Assembly (NCBI GenBank): GCA_963514005.1
Contig: OY740811.1
Coordinates: 27,094,001-27,158,000, forward strand
Direction of reading: 5' to 3'
DNA: 64,000 nucleotides
Source: Raja brachyura
Taxonomy: Eukaryota
Positions 39,801-51,989 of this stretch are shown here, one piece after another. The notes under the pieces were generated by a model. It made no database searches, was not told the DNA's origin, and saw only the letters and a program-made list of their open reading frames with translations. How positions within the stretch are numbered: the stretch's first letter is position 1; every line of letters starts with the position of its first letter. The position numbers and the translations under genes are program-made.

Positions 39801-40184
39801 TGAAAAAATGTTGAGAGAAAGAATACGATATTATATATTTAATTTATTAAAACAGACATTTTAAACATCCTACTTTGTAAACAATGGGAAATAACTTTGA
39901 TAAAGCACCTTTTAATTAAATATTGAGCGTTTCTATCTTCGAAAAAATGCCACTGAGCAGTTTAAAATTTGCTAAATTCCCTGACCAAACAACAATTAAA
40001 CTCTGGATAACCCTTACTGGTGTTATTAAAGTAATTAGATTGTGACTCCTTAAATGGACAATTGCATACCCGCAGGATACAACCAATCAATAAGCATTTA
40101 ATTCCTGTCTTTCTAAAACGATACATCAACTTAATAACCATAAAGATCTACCAATATTTTTATATTTCAGGTGATTTTGGCATT

Positions 40185-40872
40185 ACATGATCATAAGATA
40201 TTGGAGGAGAATAAGGCCATTTGGCTGATTCTGTTCCACCATTCGATCATGACTGATCTATTTTTCCTGCTCAACCTTGTTCTACTGTCTTCTCCCCATA
40301 ACCTTTGATGCCCTTACTAATCAAGAACCTATCCATCTCAGTTTTGAAAATACTCAATGTTGGCCTCCTTGACTTGGCCTCCAACCCTCAACGAATTCCA
40401 CAGATTCACCACCCTCCGGCTAAAGAAATTCCTCCTCATCGCCAATCTAAAATGATATCCTTTTATTCTGAGGCTGTGTCCTCTGGTCCTAGACTCTCCC
40501 ACTACTGGCAACATCCTCTCCACATCCACTCTTCAGTAGATTTCAAGGAGATAGCCCCCCCACCCCCCTCATCCTACTAAACGCCAGCGATTACATGCCC
40601 AGTGCTGTCAAACCCATATCATACTTGAACCCAATCATCCCCGGGATCATGCTCGTAAAACCTCCTCTGAACCCTCACCAATGCCTTCCTCAGATATGGG
40701 GGCCAAAGTTGCTCACAATATACTAAATATGGTCTGATCAGTGCCTTATAAGCCTCAATATTACAGCCCTGCTTTCATATGCTGGTCCTCTTGAAATTAA
40801 TGCTAACATTGTGTTTGCCTTCCTTACTATCAACTCAACCTGCAAATTAACCTTTTGGGAATCTTGCACAAA
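40185..40872 (-). mobile_element. CR1 LINE ORF2 3' fragment
   Basis: GESRTRGHSLRIKG..FR..MRRNFFSRRVVNLWNSL; VRKANTMLA.ISRG. Confidence 0.9.
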
Positions 40873-41347
40873 GGTCAGTATAGGAATGGGTAAGGGAGGT
40901 AAGATTGTGAGCAACTGGGAGATCCAACAGGTGTGGAAAGTATACCCATACAAAAACGCGTTAATTCTGCTGTTTCTTTAATTTTGATGATGCAAAAATT
41001 ATTAGAAACATTTAATTTTTATGATTGACATTAAATTGAGTGATGGAAATCCTTTTAGCTGTTATTTCTTTCCTCTGATAACAAGAATTGCCATAACTCA
41101 GTTTTCTGGATATCAGCAGCTTTCCATAGGCACAGAAAATCGAGTGCTTTGTGTAGGATTTTAAACATTAACATGTTATTTAACCTTGGACGACACACTA
41201 GATACTGATCAAAAGTCAGGTTGCAACTGATATTTTTTCTCCCTTTTCGCAACTATCATGCTCCAGCTGAGATCACTTAACTTGTACACCATTACATCAG
41301 TCAACTCGTATTGTGGGATCTTCTAATCAAAAGGCGTGAATACTCAA

Positions 41348-41411
41348 GCAGGTACCCATTTCAGGCCACTGAAATACTTGGAGGATTTCAGTGGCCGAAA
41401 TAGGTACCTGC
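41348..41411. repeat. 64-nt near-perfect hairpin (MITE-like or pre-miRNA-sized)
   Basis: gcaggtacccatttcaggccactgaaat / atttcagtggccgaaataggtacctgc; 9-nt loop. Confidence 0.85.
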
Positions 41412-42911
41412 ATGCAGGATTTCAGTCATGCACAGATCTATATTAAAGCATCCAAATTTCATTAGAGAATCTCAGAAATCCTTGCAAATGTATAAAATAA
41501 ACACAACAGTCGGACTGGTTTGGTGATTTTCTGCATGTAATCATAAAAGCACTATTAGCTATACAAGTGTGATGGTTTGGCAGGACAGTCAATAATGATA
41601 AGTGGCGAATCTGCAGCATCGTGTTCTCCATTTGTCACTTCCCAGCTTCTGTGTCTATGTCTATCCTTCTCTCCCACATCCGCTGATTAACCCCTCCTCA
41701 CCTGGTTACTTTCCCTCTACTCTTAGATGAAGGGTCTTGACTCTCCACCTATGCTATATGATCTGCTGGGTTCTTCTTAAAAAAGATGTCGCTAATACAT
41801 TTAATGTTAATTGTAAGCATGCGGTCAAAGAATAAGGTGTGGAAAGCATGGAAGAAGATCGGTTGGATGTTGGAGGTGTTTGAATTGGAGAAAGTGTTGT
41901 GATTGGCAGAGCAAGCTTGTTGGGAAACATTGTTGGTCTTTCTTACCAATGAGCAGTGTTATAAAAGCACTTGCATCTGGTCGGCCACAAGCCATCTGTT
42001 TGCTGAGAGAATGTGTACTAGGAAAGTACTGAATTCCCCAAAATTAAAAATAACCCCCGCCCCTCCAAGGAAAGTAGGATATATCCAATCTAGCAATTGT
42101 CTCCAGCCTGTTTACTTCCAAAAAACAAAGGAAGATGTTATCCTCAGTGCTGGCAATCAACACTTACTCTCTAAAAGCCTGCTCACCAAAGCCCAGTTTG
42201 GATTTAGGTAGGACCACCAATAGCCTTGGGCCAAAGATCTGAATTTCAGAGGCGAGGTGAAACCAATTACTCTAAATATGAAGGTAGCAACTGACCTCAC
42301 ATAATCAAGGAACTTTGGTAAAACAATGAGCATCAAGGGAAAAACATTCCAATAGTTGGTGGCATGGAGAAATGCAACCTCCTTAGAATTATTTCCTTCC
42401 AAGAGCCAAATGGATACCTACTCTATTAAAACATGGAATTAAAAATGGCACTATCCTGTGACCCAAATTTAGCAATTATTTCTGGAATTAAAGTCATGCC
42501 CTATATTTCATGAAGCAATTAATGCACACACCAGTCTCCCCCCAGCTCATCAAATACAAAGAACACTTTGTTAATTCTGATTATATTCTATTGCCAAATT
42601 ACTGAACACAAATATTACACTACAAAGAAACAACCTAATGAAACTGTGTTTTTCTCACTCTCTCTTTTCAAAGATTCAATTGTCAAATGTAGATTGTATG
42701 ATAGACTTGTATTTTAGATTAGGATATAGAAAAACATTCACAACAAGTTTTTACCGACAGTTAATACAGAGGGAGATATTTTCCAGGAATAAATGGACCA
42801 GAAAACTATAATTCTGAAAATTACTATGTACTTCATTTAGATAATATTGATCGCAAAACAAGTACTCCCATTTTACAAAATTATAATGCTCAGATGAGTT
42901 TTTTTCCATAC

Positions 42912-43123
42912 CTAAACTTCATCCCTGGGTAATTTGATCTTAAATCACATGAAGATGTCATGTTTTGCACCGACAGCTGTCCTAAACTTCGGGCAACCAT
43001 GGCCACTGTTCTGAACTTGCTCTTACTTCCTAGGTTGGGGCTACTTGCATTGTGCCGATTGAGTCTCTCATCTGTGCCTCTGTTCTTCAGATTATGATCG
43101 GTGCACATAAACGACACCTGCAT
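42912..43123 (-). CDS. KCNAB2: KCNAB2 first coding exon (212 nt): MQVSFMCTDHNLKNRGTDERLNRHNASSPNLGSKSKFRTVAMVARSLGQLSVQNMTSSCDLRSNYPGMKF(R)
   Basis: ATG at 43123. Donor AG|gtatgg at 42912/42911 is phase 2 and joins the 33636 exon to give ...GMKFR-NLGKSG. Strongly resembles the Kv-beta1.1 N-terminus MQVSIACTEHNLK...KFRTVAIIARSLG...TGMKYR (recalled). Confidence 0.9.
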
Positions 43124-43666
43124 AATTGCTCTGAAAATCTCTATTGCAGAATTATGTCTTACAGAAAGGATGATCATAGAGTGTCCTCTTGGTGTTGAAT
43201 GTGTGGTAGCAGATGAAGCTCTCAGGATAAGATGGGTAGACTTGCAGCGATTGAATACAGTCTTCAAAATCCAACACTAAGCTTTTAACCAAGAAAAATA
43301 GAAAGATCAAACATCGATCGTAAAAAAAAGCAGCATATTTCCTTTTCCTTGGAATTGGCGCATTTGCTCCTTCTTCATGGTCATGTATCCTACCTATGCT
43401 TAGTCCTTATAGGTGAATAAAGCTGCTGAATCTCCAAAGGGTTTATTTATTTTTTTCAACGCCAGCAGTATCTCAAGTGTCAGCAATGTTCTTTCGCTCT
43501 CCCCTTATCGTGCTGCAAATTGAAGACAGAATTCTTTCAAATCGGAAGACAGTTTTCAGCACTCGAGCATACTTCCGATAATCGTTTCCTGTTAATCTTC
43601 TTTTTCAAAGTCGTTCCGGAGTGTCATAGTCCATAAACTACCAAAGCTAAGTAAGGAAATACTTAC

Positions 43667-43704
43667 CGAAAAGTCCTACGATGATCCCAAAATCTGCAGC
43701 ACAT
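43667..43704 (-). CDS. Candidate alternative short first exon MCCRFWDHRRTF(R), or a 5'UTR exon
   Basis: ATG at 43704 immediately after TAA; consensus donor CG|gtaagt in phase 2, compatible with the 33636 exon; CpG-richer context ~550 bp upstream of the MQVS exon. No homology recognised. Confidence 0.3.
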
Positions 43705-46700
43705 TTAACAAAGAAAACTATTATATTTTGTTAATGCTAACCAGACCGCACCATTTGCATGTATCAATGCAAAGCTAAAGCTTTCATCAGCCAGTACGGA
43801 GGCTTGGCAGCATTACAGTGTGTATAAAAACAATTAAGGGCTCACTGGGCTGCATCTAACAAGCTGCATAGAAGTCATGAATAAAATAAAAATTGGTTTG
43901 CCGGGGGAATGGGAGAGGTGAAATAGTCCAGGAGCAGGTGGGTAACTGACTCACTACATCAAGTCTTCACCTGTAGAATATTAGTCACATACAAAACCGT
44001 GCTTAAAAGAGCACATCTTTTGTGAGATACAAAGGTCTACACAGAATAATAAATGTAATTTATAACTTTCATTGAACATGTAACACAAAACCTACCACAC
44101 ATTCATTAAAAAAACATATTCATTATTTATTTTTTTCAAAACTGATGGACATCAGTTTTTATTACTGCAAGTAAATAATCAAACAAAGTATCTGTTAGGC
44201 CAAAATTATTTTAAAAATAGTTTAGTAACATCACTCAGACATTATTAAATTATATCATTACTATTTTTGAAGTGAAAAATTACTCTTTAATTCGACCAAT
44301 TATCTTAAATCTGTGATTCTTAGCTATTGGCTTCTCTGATAATTAGAAAAAAATTGCCAAGCTGTTGATTTTACAATTTTTTACACTTTGATCAGATCTG
44401 TCCTCAACCTCCCTTCTTTCAAGTAAAAAACACAAACTCAGCTACTCTTCCCTCATAACTAAAGTTCCCAAGCAACGCATGTTTGGGCAACTTCTCACTT
44501 CAGCTTCCAGTATTGACAAGCCCAAATTTAGATTTTTCTGTCTTAAGTATTTATTCAATTCACATCTGAAAGTTGCAGCTGAATGTATTTCCATCACCGT
44601 TCTTCCTAGATTGTGCTTTCTAGATTGTGATAAGATGCTCATCTTCAGTTTTGGTACATGCCAATTACCAAAAATTTGTTGCACTGTTTCTGACCAGTTT
44701 TATCACATCTACTCTATCAAAAAACTGTAATCAATTTGAATATTCCACTTAATTTTAGCCGTTGATCTTCTGTGCTCTAAATGTGAGAGTGTGAAGGAAA
44801 CAATTCTGGTTTTTCTAGTTTCTTCGTATTACTGAGATTGTTTATATCTAGCCCCATTGGGAAAAAATCTCTTCCAAGGTGTTGTGCATAAAATTAATCT
44901 ATTCTCCAGAATGGCATATCTTCCTTACTAATATCAATAAACTAAAAGAGCCTGTGAAAAAAAATTAAGAGCCTTATCAACACATCCTGCCACCTTCAAC
45001 AATTCATATATACAAATCCACAGATCTCCATCCCTTTTGAATCACTTTAATAATTGTATTGAGATTCCCCTCCTCATTCTTCCTTCAAAACTGCCTTACT
45101 TCACTGCATTAAATTTCACCTGCCTTGTGCCAATTCACTGGTATTCAAATTGCCCCCCAAGTTCAATACGTCCTCACTACATCCATCTCTGTATAATCTT
45201 TTTTTATATAGGCAACTTCCTTCCCTGGCAACTCTGTATTGTGTGCTGTCAATCTCTCACAATGAAAACTCTGCATTATTTATTTCTGTGTTAAACTGTA
45301 ACATTTTCCAGTAATGCATGAAAGATTAATGAGAGTTTCCAGCTGTCATTCAGTGCAAGATCAAATCTACCATAGTTGTGGGGGGCAACTAAAGAGATTG
45401 CACTCCAGCCAAGCATAACTAGGAAATGAGATTCTTTTCACTGGGCTGTCAATCATATTTTGATCGGATCTACACTTCCCAAAACCTGTTGAATTATTCA
45501 TTGTCACTACATAGCAGGTAGCAACAATAAAATCTGCAATCACTACCTGATTGCATTTTAATGAGACAATTTTGGGAGTAAACATTATGATAAGGCCAAT
45601 GGGCCCCATCAGTGATGTGTGTTCCACATTAGTTTATTTAACCCCCATTTATTGATATTCCAGTACATTCTCAGAATGTAGCCAAAATTCTGCTGAGAAA
45701 ATTTCTTATTTCTTGCTGATCAACAAAAAACATAACTGATTAGCACTTAAAATCTTCTTCGTATGTCATGTAATGCTGCAAATAGTGGAAAGACTGGCAT
45801 GGACTTTACCACGGCTCTCAGTGATGTTGCAGAGTCCTTTCAGATACAATGACTATCCCATGGCTAGGTGTTTGTTGCACATGAATATAACAACATATTC
45901 TATTTGCAAAAACTCTCAAACAGGAATATCATTATGCAATTAAATAGTTTTGGCATTCTTGGTTGATTAACTCAAACATAGACTTACTCTGTTACTACAT
46001 TCAATCCTTAGATTAATCCATCAATGATACTAAATTTGATTAGCTATAGCTCATATAACAAAGATGACTATGTTCAAATATTGACAGTTACTACCATTAT
46101 ATTCTCCCAATACTATTACGGTAACAAACATTAACTATGACATAGGTAATACCAGATCTAAAGCTCAATTATTTCCTTACTCCCAACATATATTTCTTTA
46201 ACTTTTCTCAGAACTTGCAAATTTGTCCAGGCATCGTTTACCATGAAGGATGCTATATTTGCTAGTCACCCAACTTGCATCTCCTTCTTATCCAATCCTG
46301 CCTCTAGACAACACACATGAACTTCCCTTAACCATATCTTTATTATTTCTGAGCTTGATGGTTCCAATGTAATCCAAGCCTTTTATTTTCAACAGTCTAG
46401 AAATTTGAAGTCATCCAAATCATTTGCGGCCTGCATCCTAACTCTCACCACCCACTTCATTCATCATTACTGTGGTATTGAATCACAACTAAAACTGAGG
46501 AATCAGTTATCTGGGATTAACATTTGATCGTGGTTTTCAAAATCTCCTTCCACTACCTTATCGCTAATCTCTACCAGTCATGCAAATCAATGACATATCC
46601 AAGTTCTTCAAATTCTCTCCCCATAAGACAATTTTAAACACTGTTCCTTGCATTTATAAATAAACACAAAGTCCTTATGATTTTAAAAGCTTCGTCAACT

Positions 46701-46789
46701 TGACCTGTTACCTCCTTTATAATTATGTCATGCAGTTAAATCACTGACAGTGGAAATTAAAATTAAATATTAAGTTTAAGTGTAAATGT

Positions 46790-47520
46790 TATTCCAAAAC
46801 ATTCAGTTAACTATAAATGACCACACAGCACTGATGTACAGAGGAATGTTGGTGACCAAATAGGCTGAAAGTGGCAACACAAATAGATAGTGGTAAAGAA
46901 GGCATATGGTATGCTTGCTTTCATAGATCGGGGCATTGAGAATAAAAGTCAGGAAATCATGATGCAGCTGAATAGGACTTTGGTTAGGCCGTATTTAGGA
47001 GCATTTTGTGCAGTTCTGGCCGCCCCATTGCAGAAAGGATGTGGAAACTTTGGAAAGGGTGCAGATGAGGTTTACCAGAATGATGCCTGGATTATTCGCT
47101 ACAAGGAGAGGTTGGACAGACTTGGATTGTTATCTGTGGAATGCCAGAAGTTGCAGGGAGGCCTGATGGATGTACATAAAATCATAAGAGGTATAGATAG
47201 GGTAGACAGTCATAAATATATTCTCAGGTTGGATGAATCAAATACTAGAGGGCATAGCTTTAAGACGAGATGGGCAACGTTTAAAGGAGATGTGTGTGGC
47301 AATTTCTTTTTCCAGGTAAGTGCCTGGAATGTGCTGGGCGGGCTGATGGTTGACACAGATATGATAGTGGCATTTAAGAGACTTCTGGATAGGCATATGG
47401 ATAGGCTGGGATTGGAAGGATGTGGATCATGTGCAGGTAGATAAGAGATGGTCTTAGCATCATGTTTAGCACAGACATTGTGGGCCATGGGGGCTGTTCT
47501 TGCACCGTACTGATCTATGT
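46790..47520 (+). mobile_element. CR1 LINE ORF2 3' fragment (frameshifted)
   Basis: VKKAYGMLAFI.RGIE.KS.E.M.QL..TLVRP.L...YKERLDRLGL.S...TRGHSFK. Confidence 0.92.
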
Positions 47521-47929
47521 ATTTAATGTTTTAAAAAAGAACTGCTAGTCACAATGTGTTTCAAAGGAGCTTCATCAAACAAAGATTAAATCAAACCATA
47601 ATGAAAATAGTGGGGCAGTTAGTTAAAAGCCTGGTAAAAAGTCTGGTTTGAAAGTGGGTTTTAATGGTGACCAGAGAGGTTTCCTGGGTAATTCCAGATC
47701 TCAGTCTTCCCCCTTTAGCTATGTAATTGTCGTCTGCTATTAAGGACTAATTCATTCTTAATCTTAAAATTAGATTTTAAATCGTACTATTAGGGTTTAT
47801 GTAATCTTTGAATGCAATGTAGTTTTCGTATTTATTCCTTTATTATGTACACACAAAACATATTTCTGGATACACTCCTGGAACCACTAGTTCAAATGGT
47901 ATAACATCCTTGCTGTACCCTCGTATTGG

Positions 47930-48186
47930 TAGAGTCATAGAGTGATACAGCATGGAAACAGGCCCTTCGACCTAATTTGCCCACACCACCCAACATGTCC
48001 CAGTTACACTAGTCCAAACTTCCCGCGTTTGGTCCTTATCCCTCCAAACCTGTCCTACCCATGTACCCGTCTAACTGTTTCTTAAAGGTTGGGATAGTCC
48101 CTGCCTCAACTACCACCTCTGGCAGCTTGTTCTATATCCCCACTACCCTTTATGTGAAAAAGGTACCCCCCAGATTTCTATTAAAT
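47930..48186 (-). mobile_element. CR1 3' end; the element resumes at 50615-51000 after nested insertions
   Basis: ...ttaaat | ctttcctcttcaccttaaacc reconstitutes the contiguous CR1 sequence seen at 16670-16700. Confidence 0.85.
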
Positions 48187-48985
48187 ACTTGTCTAAGTGG
48201 GACCCGTTGGGTGCCAGCATCACACGGGAGGGCTGGTCCCCCAATCCAATATTCCACCTCTCCACCAATTCCAATATTGGTGGCCAGTGGGGGGGGGGGG
48301 GGGGGGGGGGGCTTTCTGGATCGCTAGTATGGGTGTTGTGCGCTGAAGGGACTGGTTTCCAGAGGGCTAGTATGGACATTGTGTGCCGAATGGATTCTTG
48401 GGCTGGCGGCTCAGTCACTCATGCCTGTTGTGCTGGCAGCTCACTCACTTATGGCTGGTGGGTTCACAGTTGACTCACGGCTATTCCTTGAAATAGTGCA
48501 AGGGCATCAAATTCAAGTGCAGTTCATACCATTTCAAGCAGGGTGCAAGGCCACTAAAGACAGCGAGTCATGTAGAGATTGAGCCACGCCCACACTTCCG
48601 GGTTTTATAGTCCCCCCCCCTCCCATCAGAAGGGGCGTGGCCTTCATGGCATGATTGACAGGAGAGAGAATCTCAACATTTTTTAAACACTAATAATTCT
48701 TTTATTTTTCATCGATGGGAAAAATCCTCGGCACCTGATGAGCGGAGGGGCTCTGAGTAAGATGGCCACAAATCACAGTCGTACGTGGTAGCATTTTTAC
48801 TAAAATCAATATAAAGCGTAAACAGGAAGTGGTCAAGATTAGACTTTTAATTATATAGAAGGCAGCTCTAATTAGGCAAGGCAGCTCTAATGAGGCAGGG
48901 CAGCTTGCTTTAGCACTTTCAAAACCTAAGGCAACACAGCTTGCTTTAGCACTTTCAAAACCAATGGCAACACAGCTTGCTTTAG

Positions 48986-50016
48986 TAGGTATGTTACAAA
49001 ACTTACCTTTACCGGCGCTGCACTTCTGCCGCTCCCCGTGTGCGCGACTTTCGCGCCTTGCAGACGGGGGCGGGCTTAAAGTGCCGTTTTTCCACAGGCC
49101 TGGATAATCGATGAATGTCGGGCGATTTGGTTGCTGAAGAAAAATCGCTCCGACATTTAATGAATGGTGGTATTTTTAAATTACTCTAGATTATTTATTA
49201 ACTAGAGTAATTTAAAAATCACCTTCAAAAGCCGTGACCGCAGACAACCGGAAGCATTTTGCGTAGGGAAGAAAAAAAGGTAAATACTTTATTTTTATAT
49301 TAAAAGTTGGTTTTTCGGGAGGCATTAATAATATTTTTATGTTGCGAAATGGGGTCCCCAAAAAATGTATGAACCCCCAGTATTTTTCCCCCCGACTTCA
49401 CTGCTAACCGCAACGTTCCAATCCACCGCATTCCACTAAAACCCACTCGCTAGTTGATTTAAATGGCCATTAATTTACAGCATAAAACACTAAATTCCTT
49501 CCATTTGGCCCAGAAATTCATGAAAATGAGATTTAAAAATTATGTTATATTGTGGATTATTGTGTGAATGTTATTTGGACACTTAGGCAATTTTAAAAAA
49601 GTTTATCTTTTCTTAAGAAATTGATAGATGTTTAGATCTAATTGAATTTTGTAATTAGCTACAATTAGATAACTAACTAATTATATGCTTTAATTTCAGG
49701 TCATCCAAGTAAGATTGTTTAATATTTGTTTCAGAATGCTTCAATCTATAATAACTGAAAATTTCATTGAGTTCTCTTAATTTTTAAGAATGTTATGGAC
49801 ATTTAACTTTTCCAGATCACAGCTTTTGAGTTAAGTCAATTGAAAGGCAATGGGAAGCAAGATGCTCATTTCCGAGTATGAAAATGGCCATAACTTTCTT
49901 AATACTGAAGATATGAAAGTAAATTAGGTGTCAAATTAAATTTCTTTTTATGCTTTATCTGATGGGATAAATTGCAGACTTGATTTTTAAAATCTCAAAA
50001 TTTTGTAACATTGCTA
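48986..50016. mobile_element. Non-autonomous TIR DNA transposon, copy 2
   Basis: TAGGTATGTTACAAAA / TTTTGTAACATTGCTA; TSD gctttag on both sides. Confidence 0.85.
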
Positions 50017-50215
50017 GCTTTAGCACTTTCAAAACCAAAGGCAACACAGCTTGCTTTAGCACTTTCAAAACCAAATGCAATACAGCTTGCTTCAGCACTT
50101 TCAAAACCAAAGGCAACACAGCTTGCTTTAACACTTTCAAAACCAAAGACAACACAGCTTACTTTAGCACTTTCAAAACCAAAGGCAACACAGCTTTAGC
50201 ACTTTCAAACCAAAA
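50017..50215. repeat. 36-bp minisatellite (gcaacacagcttgctttagcactttcaaaaccaaag), ~5.5 units; ~2.3 further units at 48901-48985
   Basis: Direct tandem units without spacers; the array is split by the TIR element. Confidence 0.92.
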
Positions 50216-50636
50216 CACACTTTTGCATTTTCAAACTACATTTTCAAACCACATTAAGGGCACTGACAGGTCAGTAAAACCACTCACAGTTTAGCAGACA
50301 TATGTTCAGTGTTATTCACAGCTCAGACTGAGAATTGCGACCTCTCGCTCCCCCATCTTGCAGAGAACTGAGACACCTCCACACTTCCGGGTTTTATAGT
50401 CCATCCGGAAGGGGCGTGGCCTTCAGGAGAGAGAATCTCAACATTTTTAAACACTAGTAACTCTTTTATTTTTCATCGATGGTAAAAATCCTCTAGTCCT
50501 CTAGGGACTCTGAGTAAGATGGCCAAAAATCACAGCCGAAGTGGCAGTGTTTTTTCTAAAATCAATATATAGAACAACAGGAAGTGATGAAGATCAGATT
50601 TTTAGTAATATAGACTTTCCTCTTCACCTTAAACCT

Positions 50637-50830
50637 AAATAAAGATAAAGAGGAAGAAGTTTAGACTTTATTGCCTTCCATCACAGTGAGGAATGTGGGG
50701 AATCCGCTGTGGTGGGTGTTATGTTAACTTTTATGTAGTTGTGTGTCTTGTTGATTTTTTTTTAGTATTGCTGTATGGTAATTCGAATTTCAATATACCT
50801 TAATTGGTACATGCAACAATAAACTGACAT
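50637..50830 (+). mobile_element. Retroposon 3' fragment inserted in CR1
   Basis: TSD ttaaacct (50629-50636 / 50831-50838); ccttccatcacagtgaggaatg shared with 30677-30699 (reverse strand); AATAAA near the end. Confidence 0.75.
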
Positions 50831-51852
50831 TTAAACCTTGTCCTCATGTCCTTGATTCGCCTACTCTGAGACTCTGTGCATCTATCCGATCTATTCCTCA
50901 CATGATTTTATAATCTCTATAAGATCACCCCTCATCCTCCTCAGCTCCAAGGAATAGAGTCCCAGACTACTCAACCTCCCCATATAGCTCACTCTCTAGT
51001 ATTACCAATATTTTGTGTAATGTCCTCTTCCATGTACATGCCCACCTGTGCTGCAGTGTAAATAAATCAACTAACAGACTTACATGACATATAAAATAAA
51101 ATGTACTCCCCAAAATGTTAAGTATTTTAAATGTTGCATTGGCTGCACGAGGAGTTAATGGGGCTGGAGTTGAGTAGGTGTTGGAGGCGAGGAAGATTCT
51201 TCTTATCATATAACACAAGGTTCTAACACTTGAAGGTAAGGGGGGGACAAGACTAGCATCAAATTAGTGTTACAGAATGCTTGACATTTATGATTCACTA
51301 GAAACGAGTACATAAAAACTCCTTTACAAATAAGCCACCTTTGTATCTATTGTTAAGTTTGTGCTTATGCATTGTGGACTTTATGCATCTCTGAACTTTA
51401 ATTGATATTCTAACATTAAAAAAATTGTTGTGATTCTTTGCTATTTCGAAGTTTGTCAATTAATCTTTAGATTGCTCCTTTTACAGGATCTATGACTTTT
51501 TTAAAAATCGAGTTTCTGAAATGCACACATGGATTAAATAAAGACTTGTAGTTAAGTACCAGGGTTACTATCACATGTGTTAATTATCCACCGTAGTTTA
51601 CAGATTTACATACTATACCACTCAGGGAATGCGGCATCCACTGCCCTAGAATATTCATCCAGGGAATCACTTTAAACCCACCTGAGCAACTGTCTCTACT
51701 GATTGAATAGGTCTTATCACATCGCTGAAGAATTTGCCATTTCTTGAATTACGCTCTTCTACCTGTTCCTCATAGAAATGTTTGTGTATAAAATATTCAT
51801 GACCCTAAATCAATAAAGCAATTGTCTGCACAGAATATTCAATAAAGGAAAG

Positions 51853-51935
51853 GTCTGAAAAAGGGACTCGACCCGAAACGTCACACATTCCTTCTCTCCA
51901 GAGATGCTGCCTGTCCCGCTGAGTTACTCCAGCTT
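51853..51935 (+). mobile_element. Penelope pLTR fragment with hammerhead-like motif
   Basis: ctgaaaaagggactcgacccgaaacgtc. Confidence 0.7.
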
Positions 51936-51989
51936 GGAGTGGAGATATTGGATTCTGTTTGATGGTGGTCCTAACTAACTACAAAACGT

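Larger units (their letters stand above)
48187..50614 (-). mobile_element. Non-autonomous Helitron-like composite insertion
   Basis: Minus-strand 5' TCTATAT.. at 50614 and again at 48859; duplicated block 48585-48859 ~ 50375-50614; subterminal hairpin tgggaccc-gtt-gggtgcca (48198-48216) ~11 nt from a CAAG end (consensus CTRR); no TSD; internal minisatellite. Confidence 0.65.

Noticed and set aside
1-43123. Calling the gene KCNAB1 or KCNAB3 because of the MQVS start and SAMEIM/EYHLF residues
   Set aside because: Most diagnostic core positions and the GDPFSSSKSRTFIIE exon are KCNAB2-type; a formal phylogeny would still be decisive.
43124-43267. N-terminal extension of track ORF 42890..43267
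   Set aside because: It begins at a non-ATG codon, and homology to Kv-beta starts exactly at the ATG at 43123; likely 5'UTR.
46890-47444. Longest ORF (184 aa) as a host gene
   Set aside because: Frameshifted CR1 ORF2 remnant.
48901-50215. 36-bp repeats resembling a CRISPR array, and repetitive ORFs at 49955-50294
   Set aside because: The units are directly adjacent with no unique spacers and no cas genes. This is a minisatellite in a TE, and the ORFs are by-products of the 36-nt period.
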